This document shows, piece by piece, positions 57,224-64,000 of a stretch of DNA of 64,000 bases (positions are counted from its first letter, which is position 1; every line of letters starts with the position of its first letter). The DNA is from Eubacteriales bacterium. Lineage in GTDB: Bacteria; Bacillota; Clostridia; Oscillospirales; CAG-272. A program made the position numbers and the translations under genes. The notes beneath the pieces are model-generated. The model was not told the DNA's origin. It searched no databases and saw only the letters and a program-made list of their open reading frames with translations. The DNA lies in NCBI GenBank assembly GCA_051867875.1, contig JBJDZG010000004.1, forward strand, positions 149,482 through 213,481. Direction: 5' to 3'.

Positions 57224-60200
57224 TCATGGTGTTGCCTGTTCACGCTCTTTGACGATATCGGCATACCTCGGCAAGTAGCGTGCTATTTTTACGTATTTGT
57301 TATCAAGCGCCGCCTGCGTATTCGACGTTATGTTGTAAGATACCGTACTCTTGATATTTTCGGTAACGTCGGGGTCAATATACCGCCGTATCTTGATAAG
57401 CTCGTCGTTGATATCGGGAAAAGGATTTAACGTAGCTCTGTTGTCAAAATACAGCATGATGTGCGAGGGATAATACATATTGTAATCCTCAACGCCGTTT
57501 TCACCGGTGTTTGACTCGTCCTTAACCGTGATAACTCTGTTGCCGTAATCGTAAACGTAGTCGATTGTGCCTATCTGCGAACCGCTCGCGCCGTCACGTC
57601 CCGAGGACGCGATGCCGTCAGCGGAAATATAGACAAGCTCCAAAGGCGCACCTTCCTCAGTGTACGCGCCCGCGTCGTTGTCGTAAGCGGACATACCGAG
57701 AACGTAAACGCCCTCGTCCACTACCGTAAATTCGTAAGCCACGAGTATTTTGTCGCCGTTGAGCGAGCAGTAATAGTCCTCTGCTCCCGCAACTACTTCT
57801 CTCGTTATAGTTCCGTCTTCGTTTTGAGTTTCTTCAACCTTTCCAATGTTTACCGTAATGTACTCGCCGTCTGCGGGTGCCGTTCCGGGTGTATATGGGA
57901 ATGATTTCGGGAGCTCAAAGCGTTCTACGTACTCGTCCGCGGTAAAAAATTCAAATTGGAAAGAGCCCGTTACCTCGGGAAGTTGATAAAGATTGAAGTA
58001 GTGAGTCCAGTTATCGTTAAACTCGTATCCGTCCTCGTCCTTGGAAAGCTCGGACGTGGGAACTGCCAGAATAACTCGGATTTTCTTCTCACCCTCGGCT
58101 TTGTTTACACGGAATGCCACACAGCTCTGCGGAATATTCGCCTTCACGGGCGGATACGTACCGACGGGAGCCTGAATAAAACCGGGTTGGTCGTCAATAT
58201 TGCTCGAGCCTAACGAGCCGCCGCCTATGTTAACGTTAAGACCGAACCTGATTCCACCCGTAAGGTGTATTGTTTTTGAAAGGTTGCTCGGATAGAGCAG
58301 ATTTCCCTGTGCGTCGTAAATATCCTCGCCGTGCAAAATGCCGTTGTTGTCGAGAGCATTTCCGTTATTCCATTCGAGTGCGGAGAGCTTGATTACGGAG
58401 TATTCCGTCGTATTTCCGTCAGCAGCATAGTTCGGGAAAAGCACGTATTCTTCAATGTTGAACGTGTTTTGAACCTTTGTAGAATCATTTGCCACGTCTT
58501 CCGCCGTAACGATTTCAGCAGGGTCAAAGGTTACGCGGCCGTAGTCAAGCCCCTGAGTGCCTTCAACAGAGAAGATTTTGAGACGAGTGCCCTCATCATT
58601 CATAGATGCCGTGCCTTTGAAAACTCTGTTTGCGGAGTCGTATTTGATATATCTCGTCGTAGTGCCTATTGTGTAACAGATATAACAAGTTCCGTCATCG
58701 TTGAATCTGATATAAGCGTTTTGAGTGGAGCTGTTTACCGTCGGAGTAATGTCTTGAACTGCGAACTTATGATTGAAATTACTTCCGGTTTCGGCACCTG
58801 TAATCGTACCGTTCCAGAGAAGATTATATGTACCATAATTGGCACCAAAAACACTGCTATATGAAACCTGCACCATTGACATATAGTTAATACCGCTTAC
58901 GTTGGAAAAAGTGTAGACTTGATAGCGTACAAGCTTTATACCTTCATAATTTGTACCGTCAGCCTTGTAGACCTGTCTTCCGGCATCGGTTGTGTAGCTG
59001 TAAGACAAATTCCCAACGAGAATATCACCGTTGTAATAATACCACTCGTCAGTTCCGGCAGGCTGATAAAAGTATCCGACTGCATTTCCTGCGGGCTTTG
59101 CAAGCTGAACACCGCCGGTGGTTATAGCTGTATTACCGCTTGTGTAATTAGTTCCGCCGTTGTAGAATATATTTCCGTCAGGATATACTACTACTCCTGT
59201 TGCATTAACGGAGTTGCCGTCAACAGTAACTGTCTTGGTGTACATAGGTTCACCTTGCCACATTCCTGCCGTTGTTGTGCCGAAATAATCTTGAGGTGTG
59301 GTTGTCGTACTGCTTTGAATTTCGTAGGACGTACCTTTTTCAAAATCTACCCAGTAATATGTATAATATGTCCGCGTAACGATAAATCCCTTTTTTTCTA
59401 TGGTATAATAGAAATAACCGTTATAGTTTGTAGGAATGTCGGGATTTTCGTAATCACCGGTATAGTCGTAATAGTCCTGCACGCCGTCAGCAGTGGGTGT
59501 AATAGGGTTATTGCTCATATCGAAATATTGATACGTATTCAATACGGTATCTGCGTTGATTTTGTACTTATTGCGTATATCTTCTACGGTTAAATTAGAA
59601 GAGGTAGTGCCTACGTAAATAGGAATAAGACCGTCATTTTCGATAGCGTTTTTGAGCATCTCGGGAGTATTATACAAGCCCATTTCCGCAAAGGCGGAGT
59701 CCAACTGCTCCTGTGTCATTCCGGAATAGCTATCAAACAGCATATTCAAGAATTCCTGATTTGCGTACTGCAACTGTCCGAAAGGAACGGTGTACTTCTC
59801 CTCAGGACCGCCCGAGCCTGCCGTTGACTGCTCGTAAAGGCTCATAAGGTTGATATATTCGCCGTTTTCATTCAAAATGAATACGTCTTTTGTTTTAAGT
59901 GCCTCTATCAATTCTGCGTCGCTTGAAATTGGTTTTACAAATGCGGAAACGGACTGGTTACCCTTTAAGGTATTCGTTATCCACTGACTCTTATCAGTAG
60001 GGCCTATGGAGAACTGACCGTGGAGCGAGTCCGTCCAAAACTCACTGTCTTTATTCCAAGTCGGCTCCATAACGTCGTCCGAGGGGTTGCTTGCAGTGCC
60101 CGAAAGAGCAAAGGTGAAAACTCCGTCGTAGAAATAGTAACGTCCCGTAGCTTCCTGACCGAGGCCGAAAAGCCTGTCGCGCATCCACTCCTGACAAAGA

Positions 60201-61411
60201 GCATTCCCGTCTTTATCAAGCGCGTCCTTAATGATTACCGTGCCGCTTTCGTCCTCGCCCAAAGCCGTCCAGTGATATAGCTCATACATATCTTTTGCAA
60301 CGATATATCCCGCGAGCTTACCCGATTCAAGACCGCCGCCACCTATTGGGCTGTACACGATATTTACGTTACTCGTTCCCGAACCCGAGGAGATATTTCC
60401 GTTTTCGTCAACAGTGGGGTTGATATTATCGAGATAACCGATAATTCCCGTTACGGAAAGATAGTTTGCGCTTATGCCGTTTACCGTAGTCGTGTCCGTC
60501 AGATTGATGGCAACCTTATCGTCACTGCTATAATACACGCTGATATATTCAATTTTCGTATAAGAAACGTGTCCTGCCAGAATACCGATATGGTGGTTTT
60601 CGTGGGGGACTTGCGCGGCATCGCTTTCATTTAAGCTTGTAAATGAGAAGACGTGGTCCTCGATAAACGAAGTAACCGTGTCCCACAAGCTGCTGTCGAC
60701 CTCAACCGTTACGTCGTAGAGCAAAAGGTCGGATATCTCGGATATCTGTCCTTGGAATGACGCGGACTCGCTTTCGGGAAGCGTGCCCAGGAATCCGACG
60801 TATCCGAAAAGTCCCGCATCAACGTCGGCGGGGTTTCCCTTAACGGTGATATTATAAATTACCGACGTGTCGGAGCTCTTTCCGTCCACCTCGCAATCGC
60901 CGTCAACGAATGCGCCCTTAACCGAGCCGATGAAGGGATATTTTTCAGTTCCTATGGAAGCGATAGTTCCGTCGAACGTATTACCGTCAATCGTGACGGG
61001 CTTGCCGTCTGGCGTGCAAACCATGAAATAGGGCATTATCTTGCCCTGCCCCGTTGTAGCGTCAGTTACGTAATTTCCGTTTTCATCATAGTTTTTGGAA
61101 ATGTAGTGAATGTCGAAATATCCAAGTCGCTGAAGCTCTGCGAGGTTGTAAAGGTGCTTGATATTCGAGATGATATAGGGATTTTGTTCAGTTCCCCATT
61201 CAGCGTCAGAGTCGGCAGTTCCGAGAAGATATTCCGTCTGATATTTTGCAAGCGTTTCATCATCAAGCCGGTCAAAAAGCAATTCGACCTCTCCGCCGAG
61301 CATTCCGTCGTATATTTCCTGCTTTGAAAAATAAGCATATCCCACTACGCCGAGCAGAGTTACTATCGAAGCTATGCAAAGGCAGAACGCCATTTTTAAT
61401 ATTCGTTTCAT
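57224..61411 (-). CDS. Large SipW-cognate secreted adhesin-like protein (1395 aa)
   Basis: Signal peptide 'VVGYA|YFS'; 'WGTEQNPYII....L', 'IGT..YPF.G', 'AGLFGYV', 'IGILAGHV' (GLUG-like beta-helix motifs); no LPxTG, SLH or C-terminal TM. Confidence 0.75.
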   Translation of the reverse strand: MKRILKMAFCLCIASIVTLLGVVGYAYFSKQEIYDGMLGGEVELLFDRLDDETLAKYQTEYLLGTADSDAEWGTEQNPYIISNIKHLYNLAELQRLGYFDIHYISKNYDENGNYVTDATTGQGKIMPYFMVCTPDGKPVTIDGNTFDGTIASIGTEKYPFIGSVKGAFVDGDCEVDGKSSDTSVIYNITVKGNPADVDAGLFGYVGFLGTLPESESASFQGQISEISDLLLYDVTVEVDSSLWDTVTSFIEDHVFSFTSLNESDAAQVPHENHHIGILAGHVSYTKIEYISVYYSSDDKVAINLTDTTTVNGISANYLSVTGIIGYLDNINPTVDENGNISSGSGTSNVNIVYSPIGGGGLESGKLAGYIVAKDMYELYHWTALGEDESGTVIIKDALDKDGNALCQEWMRDRLFGLGQEATGRYYFYDGVFTFALSGTASNPSDDVMEPTWNKDSEFWTDSLHGQFSIGPTDKSQWITNTLKGNQSVSAFVKPISSDAELIEALKTKDVFILNENGEYINLMSLYEQSTAGSGGPEEKYTVPFGQLQYANQEFLNMLFDSYSGMTQEQLDSAFAEMGLYNTPEMLKNAIENDGLIPIYVGTTSSNLTVEDIRNKYKINADTVLNTYQYFDMSNNPITPTADGVQDYYDYTGDYENPDIPTNYNGYFYYTIEKKGFIVTRTYYTYYWVDFEKGTSYEIQSSTTTTPQDYFGTTTAGMWQGEPMYTKTVTVDGNSVNATGVVVYPDGNIFYNGGTNYTSGNTAITTGGVQLAKPAGNAVGYFYQPAGTDEWYYYNGDILVGNLSYSYTTDAGRQVYKADGTNYEGIKLVRYQVYTFSNVSGINYMSMVQVSYSSVFGANYGTYNLLWNGTITGAETGSNFNHKFAVQDITPTVNSSTQNAYIRFNDDGTCYICYTIGTTTRYIKYDSANRVFKGTASMNDEGTRLKIFSVEGTQGLDYGRVTFDPAEIVTAEDVANDSTKVQNTFNIEEYVLFPNYAADGNTTEYSVIKLSALEWNNGNALDNNGILHGEDIYDAQGNLLYPSNLSKTIHLTGGIRFGLNVNIGGGSLGSSNIDDQPGFIQAPVGTYPPVKANIPQSCVAFRVNKAEGEKKIRVILAVPTSELSKDEDGYEFNDNWTHYFNLYQLPEVTGSFQFEFFTADEYVERFELPKSFPYTPGTAPADGEYITVNIGKVEETQNEDGTITREVVAGAEDYYCSLNGDKILVAYEFTVVDEGVYVLGMSAYDNDAGAYTEEGAPLELVYISADGIASSGRDGASGSQIGTIDYVYDYGNRVITVKDESNTGENGVEDYNMYYPSHIMLYFDNRATLNPFPDINDELIKIRRYIDPDVTENIKSTVSYNITSNTQAALDNKYVKIARYLPRYADIVKEREQATP

Positions 61412-61421
61412 ATTCTGCCTC

Positions 61422-62291
61422 CTAATTGTTGGGTATTATCTCAATCTCTGCTTTGACGTGGAACATAGTGTAGCACGGCATTATTTCAGCGAGAAATTCG
61501 ATTGACCTACCGAACGCCGTGAGATTGGGTGTGATTTTTATGTACAGGTAATAATTTTCACCGTCGGCAAGCTCTCCGTATTTATCGTAGGTAAGCTCGG
61601 TTGTCGGCGCGCTGCCGTATGCTTCCGCGCCGATGAAATCAGCCACGGGCGTTGAGAAAACGAGCTTTTTGTCGGCTTCGTACTGAGCGAGCTCCTCGGA
61701 AGCAATAGCCTCGTTTGAAAAAGCATAGGAATACTGAAGATAGCAGTCGCCGTTTTCGCCGTTTTGGATATTGTTAAATCCTTCAAGTATTGAGGCGTCC
61801 TCTGCATTTGAAGAGTCGAGCTTTACCTGTCCCAAAACGGTTTCGCCGTCCGTATCGTAAACGTTTTTGTAAATGTCGAAGAATGAGCCGTTTTTATTGA
61901 TATTTCCGAGTTTGAGATTTACAGTATCACCGTCTTCTTTCGGAATAGTGAGTCTGAGATAGATTATATTCTCGGACTTTAAGCGCGAGAGGTTATCTAT
62001 CGAGCCGAACGAAAGATTTTCAAAAACGATACTGTAATACGTTTCGCCTTTTTCGGGGTCGCTCATTCCTATGTAATTGCCGGTACAGCTCTCGTACTTA
62101 CGGTAACTTTCATCTTTGCCGTATTCAACGCGAGCCATTTCGAGCACCAACGGGTCTACGTCGCCCGCAAGAAAACCGCCAAAACCGCTATTCTGCACGA
62201 AACAGAACCAGGCGTACGCCGTAAAAGACATTGTACAAACGAGCACGAGTGCCGTGAATGCAGTGAATATCAAATCGAGTTTCTTTTTCAT
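61422..62291 (-). CDS. SipW-cognate secreted protein
   Basis: Signal peptide ending 'FTAYA|WF'; start MKKK after AAAGGAG. Confidence 0.75.
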   Translation of the reverse strand: MKKKLDLIFTAFTALVLVCTMSFTAYAWFCFVQNSGFGGFLAGDVDPLVLEMARVEYGKDESYRKYESCTGNYIGMSDPEKGETYYSIVFENLSFGSIDNLSRLKSENIIYLRLTIPKEDGDTVNLKLGNINKNGSFFDIYKNVYDTDGETVLGQVKLDSSNAEDASILEGFNNIQNGENGDCYLQYSYAFSNEAIASEELAQYEADKKLVFSTPVADFIGAEAYGSAPTTELTYDKYGELADGENYYLYIKITPNLTAFGRSIEFLAEIMPCYTMFHVKAEIEIIPNN

Positions 62292-62344
62292 GACCGTGCT
62301 CCTTTCATACAAAATAAAAATGCAGTATCGAACACACTTGTTTC

Positions 62345-62420
62345 ATACTGCATCTGGCTGACCAATATGGTCCCTATAGCTTTGCGTCACCGCTTTGCAA
62401 CGGCTTTGCCTTTATATATC
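62345..62420 (-). ncRNA. c-di-GMP-I (GEMM) riboswitch 2
   Basis: Minus strand GGCAAA-GCCGTT-GCAA-AGCGGT-GACGCAAAGCTATAGGG-ACCATATTGGT-CAGCCAGATGC; overlapping terminator ATGCAGTAT...ATACTGCAT-TTTT at 62311-62353. Confidence 0.9.
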
Positions 62421-62431
62421 TATACGCACTA

Positions 62432-62460
62432 ATTATAACTCCTATGATAAAAATTGTCAA
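62432..62460 (-). promoter_or_regulatory. Consensus sigma-A promoter upstream of riboswitch 2
   Basis: TTGACA-17 bp-TATAAT. Confidence 0.8.
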
Positions 62461-62471
62461 GTGCTTTCATC

Positions 62472-62501
62472 AAAAAAACACGTCCGAGGACGTGTTTTTT
62501 T
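62472..62501 (-). terminator. Terminator after glmS
   Basis: AAAAAAACACGTCC-GA-GGACGTGTTTTTTT. Confidence 0.8.
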
Positions 62502-62505
62502 CTCT

Positions 62506-64000
62506 TTATTCGACTGTAACGGATTTTGCAAGATTTTTGGGCTTGTCTATGTCACAGCCCTTTTCATTTGCGGTGTAGTACGCAAAAAGCTGAAGAGGTA
62601 TTACCTCAAGCAAAGGCGCTATCAGTCCGTCAGCGCGCGGAATGCGGATAACGTCGTCTGCGTGCTTTGCCACGCTCTCGTCGTCTGCAAAAGCAAGTGC
62701 CACGACGGACGCTCCCCTTGCCTTTATCTCAACGACGTTGCTCATCGTTTTATCCTTAATCTTCTCATTGCAGAGAAGCGCAACGACCACCTGCTCGTCA
62801 TCAATAAGCGCAATGCTTCCATGTTTAAGCTCACCTGCGGGGTACGCCTCGGCGTGAATGTACGAAAGCTCTTTCATTTTGAGCGCGCCCTCAAGCGCTA
62901 TGGCGTAATCGGAATTTCTGCCGATGAAAAACATCGAACGGCAGTTGCAGTATTTTTCCGCCAAGGTTTCAAGCATGCTGTTCATATCAAGAGTTTCATG
63001 CAAGAGGTTCGGGAGATTTTTAATCTCCTCGAGGAGCTCTTGATATCTCTCGCTTGACACCTTACCGAGCTTTCTGCCGAAATGTAGAGCCAAAAGATAG
63101 AGCAATGAAAGCTGAGTCGTATAGCCCTTCGTCGTTGCGACGGCAATCTCGGGTCCTGCCCACGTATAGAGTACGTGGTCGGCTATATTTGCGATGGTGC
63201 TTCCCACTACGTTGACGATAGCCAAGGTCTGCGCTCCCCTTCTCTTACACTCCTTCATCGCCGCGATAGTATCCGCGGTTTCTCCCGACTGGGAGATAAC
63301 AATGAGGAGTGTATGCTCGTCGATGAGCGGGTCGGAGTAACGGAGCTCACTCGCTATCTCGATTTCAACGGGAATAGAGCAAAGCTGCTCAAAGGCATAC
63401 TTCGCCGCGCGTCCCGCGTAGCAGGCAGAGCCGCACGCGGTTATCATAATTTTATTGATTTTTTTGAGCTGTTCATCGCTCATATCAAAGCCGTCAAACA
63501 CTATCTCGCCGTCCTCAATTCTCGACATTACGGTTTCTCTTACGGCTCTGGGCTGTTCCATTATCTCTTTGAGCATAAAGTGCTCATATCCGCCCTTTTC
63601 CGCAGAATGAATGTCCCACGAAACCCGACGTATTTCTTTTTCAAGAGCGTTTCCGCCTTTGTCAAATATGCTGACGGACTCCGGAGTAATCTCGGCAAAG
63701 TCGCCATCGTCGAGATAAATAACGTTTCTCGTGTGATGAATGAGTGCGGTGATATCCGATGCAAAATAATTTTCACCCTCACCTATACCGATAATAAGGG
63801 GGCTGTTCTCTCTTGCAACGAACACTCTGCTCTCGTCCTCGTTTGATATAACGCCGAGCGCCCACGAGCCGTGAAGTCTTGCCACGGTTTTAAGGAAGGC
63901 GTCTTTAAGGTCGCCATCAAAATACATATCTATAAGGTGAACTATTACCTCGGTATCGGTTTCGCTCTTAAATACGAAGCCCTTGCTTATAAGTTCGTCG
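62506..64000 (-). CDS. glmS: Glutamine--fructose-6-phosphate aminotransferase (5' part outside window)
   Basis: 'SETDTEV', 'HFMLKEI.EQP', 'SQSGETADT', 'AGPEIAVATTK', 'GELKHG', 'DKPKNLAKSVTVE'. Confidence 0.97.
   Translation of the reverse strand, partial: DELISKGFVFKSETDTEVIVHLIDMYFDGDLKDAFLKTVARLHGSWALGVISNEDESRVFVARENSPLIIGIGEGENYFASDITALIHHTRNVIYLDDGDFAEITPESVSIFDKGGNALEKEIRRVSWDIHSAEKGGYEHFMLKEIMEQPRAVRETVMSRIEDGEIVFDGFDMSDEQLKKINKIMITACGSACYAGRAAKYAFEQLCSIPVEIEIASELRYSDPLIDEHTLLIVISQSGETADTIAAMKECKRRGAQTLAIVNVVGSTIANIADHVLYTWAGPEIAVATTKGYTTQLSLLYLLALHFGRKLGKVSSERYQELLEEIKNLPNLLHETLDMNSMLETLAEKYCNCRSMFFIGRNSDYAIALEGALKMKELSYIHAEAYPAGELKHGSIALIDDEQVVVALLCNEKIKDKTMSNVVEIKARGASVVALAFADDESVAKHADDVIRIPRADGLIAPLLEVIPLQLFAYYTANEKGCDIDKPKNLAKSVTVE

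Noticed and set aside
57224-61411. Adhesin as target of a diversity-generating retroelement or invertible cassette
   Set aside because: No reverse transcriptase, recombinase, template repeat or inverted-repeat pair seen in the window.
56279-62420. Riboswitches as 3'3'-cGAMP-sensing (GEMM-Ib) variants
   Set aside because: Both keep G at the G20-equivalent position.
62506-64000. glmS ribozyme
   Set aside because: It would lie upstream of glmS, beyond the window edge, so it cannot be assessed.

Overview
This 64 kb window looks like chromosomal DNA from a spore-forming Clostridia-type Firmicute; the taxonomy is inferred from gene content and sigma-A promoters. Positions 1-40.9 kb are mostly housekeeping: potCD, a SpoVAF/GerA-family gene, truB, trmB, ychF, a heterodimeric ABC exporter, prfB, tmcAL/ackA, rqcH, rluA-type synthase, murA, ligA, rsmI, asd, ddl, a Trk/Ktr potassium system and three DUF975 paralogues. 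Oddities there include an orphan Asp-to-Glu OmpR-type regulator behind a phased A-tract array, a degenerate FolC-like protein and an XRE-serine dehydratase fusion with a candidate operator. Positions 40.9-62.5 kb (minus strand, downstream of glmS) form a c-di-GMP locus. Two sigma-A promoters, each followed by a c-di-GMP-I riboswitch predicted to be an ON switch, drive four SipW-type signal-peptide proteins (including a 1395-aa adhesin-like protein), a membrane-anchored paralogue and a catalytically dead EAL protein. Next come two SipW peptidases that flank a membrane-anchored McrB-like AAA+ protein and an apparently nuclease-less DUF2357 protein, then an intact EAL phosphodiesterase, a REC/HD-GYP/hybrid-kinase fusion, an Hpt protein and a diguanylate cyclase. 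The best candidate for an undescribed system is this c-di-GMP-switched SipW fibre locus, which appears to have co-opted an McrBC-like motor. All family assignments come from motif recognition by eye; no searches were run. No rRNA, tRNA, CRISPR array or mobile element was seen.
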